Notes: generated by a model from the letters alone, not told the origin. A stretch of 64,000 nt of DNA from Octopus sinensis (GCF_006345805.1 NC_043017.1:1674001-1738000); one strand, 5' to 3'; shown: positions 1 through 12,887, counted from the first letter of the stretch. Numbers and translations: made by a program.

Positions 1-14
1 TGCGCTATATATCA

Positions 15-50
15 AAATTGCTGGCCTTGTGACTAAATTAGAAACTATTA
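15..50 (+). mobile_element. 3' tail fragment of SINE family A
   Basis: aaattgctggccttgtgactaaattagaaactatta matches the tail of the SINE-A copy at ~36040-36073. Confidence 0.7.
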
Positions 51-630
51 AGATGCCACGTGACAGACTTGGTAATAAGTCGTACAAAATATCTGCCATT
101 ACCATAATTATATATCTTTACATTTCCAAGCTAGAAAAGCTGAAAACGAGGCTGTTATTATGGCTGTGTAAATTATCGTTTCATCATTATCATTAACGTC
201 TTCGTCGTCGTCGCTATGGTAGTCATACTCAGCGATTGATAACATCTTCCGCGCTTGGCATTGTGCCAATCGTATTAATAATTACAATAATGACAATAAT
301 GGTAATAATAAGGAAGTTTATATTCTCAATTTATCGCAACAATTCCTGTTCTTAAGACGTGATGAATTTCAGGATGTCCTATTTGCATCAGGTCCTCTCG
401 TAATTACTTCTCTATCTTTCAATCTCGCACGCTTTATGACAAATGCATACATACGAAAATACACGTATTGACACAGGCGCACACTCACACATGTAAATAG
501 ATAAACGCTTGTATGCGTGTATGTGTGTGTGGAGGGCCGTTTCTATGTGTGACTAGGGAAATCGTATCTGTTTTTATGTATGTATGGATGGATGGATAAA
601 TATATGAATGAATGTGAGCGTGTGTTCGTG

Positions 631-663
<33 letters not shown>

Positions 664-800
664 TAGTTCAAATTTACAGAAAAACAAGGGTGAAGACAGA
701 TGAAGGAACAACCAGCAGTTGTATTAGTTTACTCGGGAAGAATGGGAAAGTACTTGACGTTTCGAGCTTACGCTCCTCCACAGAAAGGATCAAGAGAAAA
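664..800 (+). mobile_element. Short interspersed repeat family Y (hammerhead-bearing, Penelope-like terminal piece)
   Basis: agttcaaatttacagaaaaacaa...gtattagttt...acgtttcgagc is homologous to 27311-27400 (+) and 27700-27852 (-); carries an HHR-like motif on the minus strand. Confidence 0.65.
753..787 (-). ncRNA. Minimal type-I hammerhead-like motif with CUGUGGA core
   Basis: Minus strand: cuuu CUGUGGA g GAGC-guaa-GCUC GAA ACGU C aag; palindromic ACGU stem III, GUC site, A6U deviation. Confidence 0.6.
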
Positions 801-1231
801 AACGGAAAAAGAATGAAAAAGATAATGGAAAAAAGAAAAAAATTGTGTACAGGTTGTGTCCAGCGGTGGTGCCCCAGCATGGCCGCGGCCTTCGGGCTGA
901 AGCATTTTTAAGGATTTAGGATTTAAGGTTAAACATTCCACGTGATGAAATGGCCGGAAGAAAAAAAGGAAAAATCAAGGTGAGATAATAACGGTGAACC
1001 GAACGAAGCTAAGGTGTGGAAGTGCGCATGTGTAGTTGAGCATGCTGTGCGTGAAAGTGTATATGTGATGGGGGCGGGTATTGCGTCAGTATATATTGGA
1101 CCTCTCTGTGTGTGTACGTGTATAAGTACTCTCGTGCGTACATTATGTGAAGTAATGCGCGTTTCATGCGTTGGAGTGTATGTGTGTGTGTGTAATGCAC
1201 TTATAGAAAAGTAACAACCACACACACATGT

Positions 1232-1263
<32 letters not shown>

Positions 1264-1278
1264 ATATATATATTAAAT

Positions 1279-1342
<64 letters not shown>

Positions 1343-1521
1343 ATAGTAATGCAATACGAGAGTATTGCTTTCCAGTAAAGGATAGCCTGTAAGGGTAAAA
1401 TCATATAAAAGTAAATAAATGGCACAACGAATAACATATATATATATATATGTACATATATATATGTATATATGTTTGTGCGTGTTAACGTGCATATATT
1501 TTGTTGTCGTTGTTGTTGCTA

Positions 1522-1569
<48 letters not shown>

Positions 1570-1718
1570 CTTGAATGTTGTATATATATATATATGTGTG
1601 TGTGTGTGTATGCATGTGCTCGCTTTCACCTTTGTGTTTAAGTGAAAATTTGTGGTTTGATCTTTTTAACTTCTATATTTACTGTGCTGTTAATGCTTGT
1701 TATTACCTTTCATTATTA

Positions 1719-1905
1719 ATTGACTTTTTTTTACCGTTACGGGCGTTTTACACATGCAAAGCCACTATTATTGCTATAAATAATAATATCCTCATATACA
1801 TTTAAATAAAAATTTTTCACATCGATGACTCTTTTTTAATTTGCCGTGGCATTAAAAGCGGTCGTCGTACACATTATTGAGGTGAATGAACTCTTCTATA
1901 CCTCT
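1719..1905 (+). repeat. ~185-bp interspersed repeat, inverted copy at 4615-4800
   Basis: Near-identical reverse complement of 4615-4800. Confidence 0.9.
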
Positions 1906-2329
1906 GGCTTTACGATATGTTTGGCTTTTGAATTTTTCGATTATTTTCATTAATGGTACGGCGTTTTCGGTTTTTTATTCCTTTGTCGGCTTTCACCTCT
2001 CTGTTTAAGTGAAAATTTGAGGTGTAATCATGTTGACTGCTACATTTTACATGCCGATACTGCTTCTTATTACCCTTATTTATTAATGTGTGTGTGTGTA
2101 CTAAATATAGCAGTCTAAAAGGGCTCATAACCACATTTTTCACTAATGCGCAATTGTGAAGTCGCGGAAACGAGCAAAACTTTAAGACCCCGTACCACTG
2201 ACGAAAATAATTGTAAATGAAATAATCAGACTTACCTGTGGCTAGCATGCATAAAAAACCTAAAGGTAAAAATTATTAATCACTAATGAAAGGTAATTCA
2301 GCGTAGGCATCCTCTTTTTCACTGATCTT

Positions 2330-2500
2330 ACATGTATACAAATGTATGTATGGCAATAACACTTTACATAAATTCTTTACTTAGAATGACCAATTTTAAA
2401 TACTATTAGATTTTACTCATAAGGTATTGGAATCTTATATATATACAATTCTGCCTAAATAATGGATCTTCAAATACAATATCCCTGCATATCTCACATC
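2330..2500 (+). pseudogene. Possible decayed C-terminus of a Penelope-like GIY-YIG ORF
   Basis: With one frameshift and stops reads ...NDQF*ILLDFTHKVLESLYIYNSA*INGSSNTISLHI, resembling the NFxIL...LESLYI...N end of PLE ORFs; HHR directly downstream. Confidence 0.35.
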
Positions 2501-2576
2501 TATTTTCATTCCTCCACCTCACTCTCTATTTCGTATCTTATCTAAATTAATTATTATTTAAACAACTTCTCACACC

Positions 2577-2624
2577 GTCTCCAATAAAGGGATATAATAA
2601 ACATCCTAGAAACAGCTGTAAGAC
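2577..2624 (+). ncRNA. Decayed type-I hammerhead motif (same family as 35138-35185)
   Basis: GUCU ccaauaa AGGGAU..AUCCU a GAA ACAGCUGU A AGAC; stems I and III intact, core degraded; 2520-2640 is homologous to 35105-35240 reverse strand. Confidence 0.6.
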
Positions 2625-2717
2625 TTTTTATTTATAAATATTCTAAAATCTACACAGCCTTGGTTTTTATTCATTACGGAAATTTTTTTGATATATATGT
2701 ATATATATATAATGTAC

Positions 2718-2809
<92 letters not shown>

Positions 2810-2950
2810 ATATATATCTATATATTTTGTGTGTGTGTGTGTGTATATATATATATACCTCTGTGTGTGTTTGTGTGATACAAATTCCAAGAAAACCAAC
2901 AGTGGACAGATGCCTCAGTTTGCAAAAGTGACATTTACATTATTACGTAA

Positions 2951-3115
2951 AAGGTGGCGCTGACCGAATCATTGATGACGCTGGACAAAATGATTAGGGG
3001 CGTTTTCTCCACCTTTACATTCCGAGTTCATATTTCGCCATGGTCGAGTTTGTCCTTCTTCTTTTATGGCACGATAAAACAAGTACCAGTTAAGCACTTG
3101 GGTCGAAGCAGTCGA
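2951..3115 (+). mobile_element. SINE family A, degenerate
   Basis: tRNA-like head aaggtggcgctgaccgaatc, gagttcatatttcgcc B-box region, aagtaccagtt..gggtcga body. Confidence 0.7.
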
Positions 3116-3542
3116 GACACGGGACAAGCCCTGTAAATATTGAGCTTTTTATGAATAGTATGAAAATGTCACTAATAACAGTAAAAACAAAGTCTTCATA
3201 TTCGAACGCACTAAAAATTTTATTTTAAACATGTGAAGAAAGTTAACCGAATCCCTTGCCAATGATATATGTATATATAAATAATTCTTATTGCTTGCAC
3301 CTCCTTAACTGACGAAGTAGTAAAGTCTAAAGCTTTGCTAATATATCTAATCAGTTGGAGACACAAAACCGAAACTTTTACGATAGGCAATCACGAATAT
3401 TAACACGTAACGCCGTATTTATGTATGTATAGCTATACATATATGTCTGTGTGTGTCTGTGTGTCTGTGTGTGAGTAGGTGTGTGTGTGTTTGTGTATTT
3501 GTGTTCGTGTCTTGACGACTCAGTGAGAACATGTAAGTGAGA

Positions 3543-3890
<348 letters not shown>

Positions 3891-3989
3891 ACAGAGTGTG
3901 ATAGATAAATTATTTCAATTTTATATTTCTAATTTTGCGTATGCACTTTCCTTGTTATTACATAGTAGGGTCAGTTGGGTACCGTCTGT

Positions 3990-4190
3990 GAGAAAAACAG
4001 CACCATGATGCCATTCACTGTGCCAGAAATTTGGAAACGACATGCTGTAATGCTTCGCATTCGCGCTGGAAGCTGCAATACGAACATTTCAGTGTGTTTG
4101 GGTGTCAATCTGATGACAGTGCAAAGGATTCGGAAATAGTTGGATGAGTCTGATGGTGATTACGAAGGTACAGCAGTTCTGGAACCCCAT
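3990..4190 (+). mobile_element. Tc1/mariner transposase N-terminal (HTH) relic
   Basis: From ~4006: MMPFTVPEIWKRHAVMLRIRAGSCNTNISVCLGVNLMTVQRIRK*LDESDGDYEG, HTH-like with an internal stop. Confidence 0.6.
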
Positions 4191-4546
4191 GCACTCGCTT
4201 TACCGCGTTCTGTGGATTTTGTCAAGAAAAATACATGATATGTATATTGGCGCCCTTCAAGTTTGTACCATCGTGGACGACATGTTCATTGCTGTCGGGA
4301 GGTGACTTCATTTTCCTGGTTTGTCACTCATTTTGCGGGGACAGATCAAATTTTTATCAGTCATGGTCGTTTGCGTTTTCCCCGCCAAGATGGAGAAGAC
4401 ACAGCAAGACACGGTGATGCTCATAAGTGAGAGGGGTAGAGAGTGAGAAGTGTCATCAAACGTCAATAAGAGAGAGTGCAAGTGTGGCACACGAATTAGT
4501 GTTAAAAAATGTAACAGCAGACATAACCACTACGCCATATGCCCAC

Positions 4547-4985
4547 GGGTATATGGCGTTGTGGTTAAGAGCGCGGGCCTACTAACCCCAAGATTCCGAG
4601 TTCGATTCCAAGCGAGAGGTATAGAAGAGTTCATTCACCTCAATAATGTGTACGACGACCGCTTTTAATGCCACAGCAAATTTAAAAAGAGTCATCGATG
4701 TGAATAAAATTTATTTAAATGTATATGAGGATAGTATTATTTATAGCAATAATAGTGGCTTTGCATGTGTAAAACACTCGTAACGGTAAAAAAAGTCAAT
4801 AATAATAATAATAATAATAATAACAACAACAACAGTAACAACAAAGACAAAATACCTTAGGAATGAGGACCCAGGTTCGAAATTTTCCCAAGCCACCTGA
4901 AGAAGGCTTGAGGGCATATCAGCCGAAATGTGTTAACAACAAACAAGATGAGTACAAATATCCGTCGAATGTAAATAATCTTAAT
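4547..4985 (+). mobile_element. tRNA-headed SINE-like element with a hammerhead-containing 3' part, interrupted by an insertion at 4615-4800
   Basis: A-box-like tggcgttgtggttaag and B-box gagttcgattcc (4547-4613); after the insert come (AAT)n and a body with CTGAAGA..GGCT/AGCC..GAAA. Confidence 0.65.
4893..4933 (+). ncRNA. Type-I hammerhead motif with collapsed stem III
   Basis: ccac CUGAAGA a GGCU-ugagggcauauc-AGCC GAAA u gug; core intact, about 3 nt of stem III apparently missing. Confidence 0.6.
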
Positions 4986-5210
4986 AAAGGTGTTTTTTTT
5001 GTTTTTTTTTGAGAAAAGAACATAAAGCAAAACAGGGTCAATTTTTCCGAGAAGGCTCTCCTGGAAGATCTTTAGAAAATCAGCGGCCGCCTTTTTGACA
5101 ACGTTATTCGAAATAAAAGCAGCAATTTCGAAAATGTATGGAATGAAAGCCCTTTCGTGAGCAAAGCAACGGACGATGCGAGTACAACAAGCAACAACAA
5201 CAAGATTAAC

Positions 5211-5256
<46 letters not shown>

Positions 5257-5292
5257 TGAGCGAGACTGAATAGACATATAGATTATAGATAT

Positions 5293-5367
<75 letters not shown>

Positions 5368-6060
5368 GATAGATACATAGATGTTTGCGTGTTTCGGTAC
5401 ATGTGTCTATTGAGAGGTGTTCCGCCGAAATTTCCAGTTTGGTAAGTTCTAGAAAAGGCGTCTAATGACAGAATGACAGAATGGTAGCTGAAAACTATTT
5501 TACATTTCTTGTTTAGTCTATTCACAAGACGTCGGTCTGTGACAAAGCCGTCAGATATTATTTCCGAACGGAAAAAAAATAGTCAGATGTGACTGCGAAA
5601 CACTGATATTGATTTTCACATACACATATATATAGAAGCTTATACACACTTATATACACACATATAGGCATACGCACATACACACACACACATACACAGA
5701 CGTATGGATGCACATTTATATGCACAACTATGTATATGCATGCGCGTTTTTTAATGTATATATATATATATACATGTATCTATGCATATATACACGCACA
5801 ATATATTGCTGCATATGTATGCACCCATGAATATGCATGTGTTTTTGCATATATATATATATATATATACACGCACGCACACATATATATATATGCATGT
5901 ATCTATCGATGTATATATACATATATATATATATGTATATATATGCATAAATATTAGGAAACATATGTATGCACCTATCTACACACACGTATAGGTACAT
6001 ATTTTATATACATATTGAGAGAGATTTATTGAATATATAATATATATATAATATATATTA

Positions 6061-6095
<35 letters not shown>

Positions 6096-6214
6096 GTTCG
6101 CGCATGTTATATATCCTCCTCCACATACACACTTATACATTCATATACATATACACAGATTTGTACATACATATACACGTGTGACCTCGTGTGTCCGTTG
6201 GCGATTTTTTCCCC

Positions 6215-6379
6215 TCTGTCTTCCCTTCTCTGGATCTTTCCTTCTCCTATGTTTCCGACGAAGAGCTCCGCTCGAAACGTTAACCCCTCCTTCTTTCCTT
6301 CTTTCCTGAGCGTCCAATGATACTATATTTGTTCCACGTCCTCGCGTTGTTGTTTTTTTGTGTTTTCTTGTTTGGATTA

Positions 6380-6385
<6 letters not shown>
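6215..6385. mobile_element. Short hammerhead-bearing repeat, distant relative of family Y, flanked by (AT)n
   Basis: Shares the gacgctc..gaaag..acgtttcgagc architecture with 664-800 in reverse orientation. Confidence 0.55.
6251..6285 (+). ncRNA. Minimal type-I hammerhead motif, CCGA (U4C) core
   Basis: guuu CCGACGA a GAGC-ucc-GCUC GAA ACGU U aacc; palindromic stem III, short stem I. Confidence 0.65.
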
Positions 6386-6419
<34 letters not shown>

Positions 6420-6566
6420 TATATATATATTGCTGTTTTCATATATGTATTTATATGTATGTCTATATATATATATATATATGTAGGTCCGGGTTGATTC
6501 GGGGTTAACCACAGTAAATAAGGTACTCAATACATAGCAGAGTAAAATTAATTTATTATATAGAAG

Positions 6567-6617
6567 AGCTTCTACAGGACTGAAACTGTTTCATTCAAGA
6601 GAAATCTTCAGGAAGCT
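6567..6617 (-). ncRNA. Type-I hammerhead, intact core
   Basis: AGCUUC CUGAAGA uUUC-ucuu-GAAu GAA ACAG-8nt-CUGU A GAAGCU on the minus strand. Confidence 0.75.
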
Positions 6618-6775
6618 AGTTAACAAGAATTGTATTGGCATTTATACATTTAGGCAGGTTTAAAGGGGTGTTGTTGGTGGGGGACTTTTTGGGGGGTAGG
6701 CATAGCGCAAAAAATCATACTTGGGGGAGTGGTCAAGAGTCAGTGTTAAATTAGATAGGAGAATAAATAAAAAAT

Positions 6776-6806
<31 letters not shown>

Positions 6807-6930
6807 TAACAAATAAAAAATATAAAATATAAAAAATAAAAAATAAAAAATAGAAAATAGAAAATAAAAAAATATAAAAAAATATGTAAAAAAATAAAAA
6901 AATAAAAATAAAAATAAAAATAAAAAATAA

Positions 6931-6969
<39 letters not shown>

Positions 6970-7417
6970 AAAGGGGGGGAATAGAGTTTTAGGTAAATAA
7001 GGAGATTCTCACTTATACCTCTACACATACACACATATATATACAATCACACATACATATACATATCTACACATACACATATATATGTATACATACACAC
7101 ACTCACTTGCATACACGTATACACACATGTATATATACACACACGACCACACATACATATACACACAGAAAAATATATATACACATACACACACATCTAC
7201 TCACATACACGCATACACACACAACCATACACACACATGCACACACAGCACACTAGTCCCTATATACACATATATACACATACACACATATATAACACCC
7301 ACACATACACATACATACACATATATATACATACATACACATACATATACAACGTCCCCCACCAACACCCCTTTAAACCTGCCTAAATGTATAATGCCAA
7401 TACAATTCTTGTTAACT

Positions 7418-7468
7418 AGCTTCCTGAAGATTTCTCTTGAATGAAACAGTTCTAGTCCTGTAGAAGCT
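7418..7468 (+). ncRNA. Type-I hammerhead, intact core
   Basis: 6-bp stem I AGCUUC/GAAGCU, CUGAAGA, weak stem II (U.U plus 3 bp), GAAA, 4-bp stem III ACAG/CUGU; predicted GUA cleavage after 7462. Confidence 0.8.
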
Positions 7469-7479
7469 CCTTCTATATA

Positions 7480-7520
<41 letters not shown>

Positions 7521-7662
7521 TACGTACACTCATAAATACATACAATGTTTTTGTGGCGGTATATTTTTATGAAAGAGAAAATTAACATAAGGAGAAGTGA
7601 ATTTCACTAACCGAACAATAGGCAAAAGAAAATACACAACACCATCAAGAACAACCATACAC

Positions 7663-7705
<43 letters not shown>

Positions 7706-8282
7706 CTTACACATACACGCACTCACACACAGCGCTGTCAGCAGACACTCAGACACAACAAGACGTGTCTGCTTTGTTTTGCCGTTGTCGCCACACCTCT
7801 TCGTTCGAAGAATTATAGAAAAGATATCGGGAATAATGATCTCCAGACTAAACTTTCGCGAAATAGAATATTGAATCTTAGGAGAAAAAGAAGAATGCCC
7901 GGATGGATCCGTCGAGGAACTTTTGAATAACTGGAAGGAAATAGGAGAAAATTGCATTATTGTAATAGAACTAGATATAAGAATTAAGTTTTCGTTCTGC
8001 TATCCACCGTTTGCTTCCTCGGTCCTCCTTCATACATTGCCTACAATAACCACAAAGTGCGCGTGATATGTGTGCACGCGTACGTCTGTGTATTTGTGTG
8101 TGTGTGCATATATATGTGTGTAGGGTTATCTGTGCGTGTGTAAGTGTGCATTAGACTGCGTGTGTAAGTGTGTATTAGACTGATATACACTTTTTTTTTG
8201 GTCGTGGAAATCTATGATGCCAACCAGTACATTTGCTCTGTTTCCCTCCTTTTATTCATGGCTGCATGTGAATATTTGTTGC

Positions 8283-8323
<41 letters not shown>

Positions 8324-8721
8324 CGTGTGTGTGGTGTGTGTGGTGTGTGTGTGTGTGTGTATTGGTAGATATATATATATAATTATATATTATATATATA
8401 TATATATGTGGTGACGTGTGTGTTTATGCTTGAGTGTATGCATATGATTATAAGGAATAGAGACTTTTAGGTAGAATGCAGAAATTGTATATCGGAAACA
8501 ATAACGAAGTTAGTTAGAAGGAATGAAGGAAATGTTCCTTGCTTTATTTATATCCACGTAGAGAATGTCTTCAAATTTTTCGAGGAAATGAAATGCAATG
8601 AAATTAAATAAAATGAAATTAAATAAGTTCAAATAGAATAATGTAGAATGTTTACGTTATTACATTTAAGAATTTTTCGTGGGCCGCCTGAGAATGCACG
8701 TGTACGGCACTAACATAATTA

Positions 8722-8762
<41 letters not shown>

Positions 8763-9103
8763 TATGTATATATACCGATAAACAAAATAATATAAGATTT
8801 CATTACTTTGGAAACGCAGAGTAGATGAAACAGGGATAACTGAAGAAGAGGAATACTTTTTATGTTGTATGTTTGTTTCTTTCTTATTCGAAAAAATGTT
8901 CGTTTCTATGTTTTTTGTTTTTATGTGTTCGCTTCTCATTGTGATCAACGTTTTCTTTTTTTCGGATGTCCTGTACCCATATATGCATGTATATATACAT
9001 ATATATGTAGTTATTTACATATATGTATGTATATATGCATATATTTATATATATTATTTATATTATTATATGATCGAACGCCACGCAACCTTTTCTAAGT
9101 ATG

Positions 9104-9175
<72 letters not shown>

Positions 9176-9207
9176 TATATATATACACATATATATATAT
9201 ATATATA

Positions 9208-9373
9208 TACATACATACATGCATGCATACATACATACATACATACATGCATGCATACATACATACATACATACATACATACATACATACATACATACAT
9301 GCATGCATACATACATACATACATACATACATACATACATACATACATACATACATACATACACACATACATA
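9208..9373. repeat. (CATA)n microsatellite
   Basis: Direct reading. Confidence 0.97.
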
Positions 9374-9559
9374 CAAAAGTTGCAAAAACTGAAACTGGTA
9401 TTAAAATCTTCTTCAGGATAAACTTATTTTAGCTTTTTCTACCTTGTCTTATTTTCCTTTTTGATATCAACGCGTGTGTTTCTTTTCAAACTTCTACATA
9501 CACACACAGAAACACACAAACACATACGCACACAGGCATATATATACATATATATATAT

Positions 9560-9786
9560 AAGTGGCACATTAGCTACCTAATTATCTAATTAACTAATCA
9601 AATAATTATCTATGGGTTAGATTATATAATTAATGGGAGTGGTCAAAGGTTTAAAGCCCTGCCTTAACTGAAAGGGTTTTTGTAGTGTAATTAATTACTT
9701 TTATTTTTACTTATTACTGATAATTGCTTTACTGTACCGTTCCTGTGAAATCATCCTTATCTAATGCCCCTGTGGCAAATAAATAA
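9560..9786 (+). mobile_element. TAAT-rich interspersed repeat X
   Basis: Reverse-complement homologue at 10918-11170; ends gcccctgtggcaaataaataa. Confidence 0.75.
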
Positions 9787-9928
9787 TTTGTCGTCTAAAT
9801 TACGCAAAAACGAATATATATATATATATATAACATATGCTTCTCCAACTTTTTACACAACAACACAACACAAGAGGAGGTGACATTTCTATATTCAGTG
9901 TCGTTGTCGTCCCCTGGTTTTTGTGTTA

Positions 9929-10017
9929 CACAATACCACGTGATTTCACTTGTTTCCGGAATTGTGACTGTTGTTCCAAAGAAAACAGTAGAATATACAA
10001 CCGGGTCATCAGCTGTG
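9929..10017 (-). ncRNA. Type-I hammerhead with long stem-loop II
   Basis: CACAG CUGAUGA CCCGGUUGU...ACAAUUCCG GAA ACAAGUG-aaau-CACGUGGU A UUGUG; intact core, GUA site, imperfect stems II and III. Confidence 0.7.
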
Positions 10018-10149
10018 GGGCTTCTCGTTTTTGCTGGTAATTATTCTTCTGATAGCCTCCTTCCGAGGTCTGGAACTAAACAACATCATACTATATCTGC
10101 TAGCTCCCAGTCTTAAAAATATATCTCTATATAATTCGATCTACTATAG

Positions 10150-10742
10150 GCACAAGTTCTGCAGTTTTGGTGGGAGAGGACGAATTGACTTCATCGGCTC
10201 CAGTGCTTAACTATTACTAATCTTATTGACCCGAAATGCAAAGTCGAACTCAGTGAAATTTAAACTCAAATCGTAAAACCAGAAGAGATGCTGCTAAGTG
10301 TTTTGTCCGGCGTACTAGCAATTCTTATTTCTTTATTGCCCACAAGGAGCTAAACATAGAGGGGACAAGCAAGGACAGACAAAGGGGTTAAGTCGATTAC
10401 ATCGACCCCAGTGCGTAATTGGTACCTAATTTATCAACCCCGAAAGGATGAAAGGCAAAGCCGACCTCGGCGGAATTTGAACTCAGAACGAAAAGATAGA
10501 AAAAATACCTATTTCTTTACTACCCACAAATGGTTAAGCACAGAGAAGACAAACAAGGACAGACAAACGGATTAAGTCGATTATATCGACCCCAGTGCAT
10601 AACTGGTACTTATTTAATCGTCCCCGAAAGGATGAAAGGCAAAGTCGACCTCGGCGGAATTTGAACTCAGAACATAACGGCAGACGAAATACGGCTACGC
10701 ATTTCGTCCGGTGTGCTAACGTGTCTGCCAGCTCGCCACCTT
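10150..10742 (-). mobile_element. Three tandem SINE-A units
   Basis: Full head at ~10742 (rc aaggtggcgagctggcag), B-box ctgagttcaaattccgccg, body ttcatcctttcggggtcga repeated; junctions near 10508 and 10323. Confidence 0.92.
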
Positions 10743-10778
10743 CAGTACTAGCAATTCTACCGGGTGGCTGCCTTGACA

Positions 10779-10779
10779 A

Positions 10780-10830
<51 letters not shown>

Positions 10831-10880
10831 CAGCAGCAGCAGCAACAACAACAAAACAACTCTACAACAACAGTAATAAC
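10779..10880. repeat. (TAG)n/(CAG)n/(AAC)n compound microsatellite
   Basis: Direct reading. Confidence 0.95.
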
Positions 10881-10917
10881 AATAATAATGAGGAGGACTA
10901 CGACGAAAACGACCATT

Positions 10918-11170
10918 GCTTTTATTTTCCAGAGGAGCGTCGGGTGAGGAGAATTCTACAGGAAGAGTACAGTAAACTATTCAAAACAATTATCAATAAT
11001 AAATAAATATAAAAATATTTAATTACACTACAAAAAAATCCCTTTCTGCTAAGGCAAGGCATTCAACCGTTGATCACTCCCATTAATTATATAATCTAGC
11101 CCCTAGATAATTAGTTGATTACTTAATTAGATAATTAGATATCTAATCTTAATTATGAGCACTTTCGTCT
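10918..11170 (-). mobile_element. TAAT-rich interspersed repeat X
   Basis: Reverse complement of 9560-9786. Confidence 0.75.
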
Positions 11171-11436
11171 TGCAAAGTTGCATGTCCCCTTCTATCTTTA
11201 ATTTACTTATTTATTTCCTGGTGTGGGAGGTTATAATCGGAGGCAAACAACGGATTGTCTTTCGGCGAGGGTTTCCTTTTTATCTGATCGTTTTCCTCAG
11301 ATTTTAATTGAAATGTTTATCTACTTTCTACTCGTGTGTTTTTTTTTGTATCTATTTCTTTCTCCTGTTTGGCACTTTATTTGGTTGTGGGGGGAAAAAA
11401 TTAACCCAGTAATGATGAGAAGAAAAGGCAAAATAA

Positions 11437-11437
11437 C

Positions 11438-11500
<63 letters not shown>

Positions 11501-11604
11501 AGTCATCTTCGCAGCAACAGCTGAAGTGTTAGCGGTACATGCAGCAGCAACAGCAGCGGTATTATTATTCGTGATTCTACAAGTGTCAGTAGTAACAACA
11601 GCAC

Positions 11605-11648
<44 letters not shown>

Positions 11649-11784
11649 ATATATGTTGTTGTTCTAGGTATAGTAGTGTAGTAGTAGAAGCATTGCAATT
11701 GTCAGTAATAGCACTATCATCAACTTCATCAGCATCAGCAGCAGAAGCAGCAACAGCAGTAGAATCTGTAGTAGCTGCAGCAGT

Positions 11785-11864
<80 letters not shown>

Positions 11865-11885
11865 CAGCAGTGGTAGTAGTAGTCA
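11437..11885. repeat. Compound (TAG)n/(CAG)n low-complexity tract
   Basis: Three pure TAG runs linked by degenerate triplets. Confidence 0.93.
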
Positions 11886-12887
11886 GCTCAGCACAAAAAG
11901 GACTGCAGCCTCGCGAAAGAAGACACAACACTAAAAGTGATCGCAACACAAGGACCACATTCGTATCGAGAGACTCGTTAGAAGGTCGAACAAAATGCTT
12001 CTAAGATTTTATTTCGAAACTTCACCGCGAGATCAAATCATATCAAGGTTACGATTACGTTTCATCCTCTACGTTCCTATACATGCTGGGTGATTTGTGG
12101 TATACGCTCCAGTCCTTTACCTTCTGTGTTCAATTGCCACCAATGTAGCAACCTCTTGGCTTCTACACTTAATTTGTCACCAGGCAAACACATTTACCCT
12201 ATCCTTTGGGTTCTTTCGGGGAAGCCCTTTCTGTTAGAAGCATTTGGCTTTTCTGTTTCCCGAATACCTAAAATCGTACCGGCGGAGATGTCCAGCAGTG
12301 GATGATGAATATAGTCTTCCTTCTAGGCTTTACCTTTTAGCATTTAAACCGGTCATATTAGGCCCAAATATTCCATGTTTTATGTTCAAAGGGGCTAGAT
12401 TCGACTTTTCACTCCTAGCCTTCAATGTCATGTTGAAAAACAACCACACCATTGGAATCTCAAAGCTAAGATATAATGCATGATTAAATCAAATGAATGG
12501 ATGTAAATAAACGTCAAATCTGACAAAATGATCTGAATGGAAAATGGTTATAGATAAGACAAGGCAAAGCACAGATTACAACAATAAAAATGTCGCATTA
12601 CAGCAATTCACTGCACAACAAAAACGCCAACGGTAAAAGTCGCACAACGATTCCAACTGTTGGTGCTTTGTGCTTGTAATCCAAATACTCTATTTCCCCT
12701 TGCTCCATAACAACTCGACACTTAATATTCAGCACACTGTGCTCATATTCAAACAGTGTTGATTGCTGATGGATTGATATAATGTACGACACATAGATTT
12801 AATCACTATAAACAAATCATAGTGCTCGGCGTTCGGCAAGAAATTGCAGAACCATCTTTCTCTTGCTACGAAAGATTCCCACCATTT

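Larger units (their letters stand above)
6483..7484. mobile_element. Foldback hammerhead element (full arm 6483-~7000 plus inverted partial arm ~7355-7484)
   Basis: Arms are reverse complements; same family as 45482-45582 and 56151-56718; embedded in (AT)n. Confidence 0.8.

Noticed and set aside
2198-2245. CTGACGA...GAAA at 2198-2222
   Set aside because: No stem II pairing and no UH/stem I in register
7810-7990. Protein-like reading RIIEKISG..NNWKEIGEN
   Set aside because: Internal stop and no recognisable family; possibly a LINE remnant, left unassigned
8790-8850. GAAA and CTGAAGA close together
   Set aside because: Order and spacing cannot form a hammerhead of type I, II or III
11240-11300. 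Minus-strand CTGAGGA with downstream GAAA
   Set aside because: No supporting stems
12060-12480. Coding-like minus-strand text (LSVEAKRLLHWWQLNTEGKGLERIP)
   Set aside because: Stops in all frames and no motif recognised; cannot be called without a search
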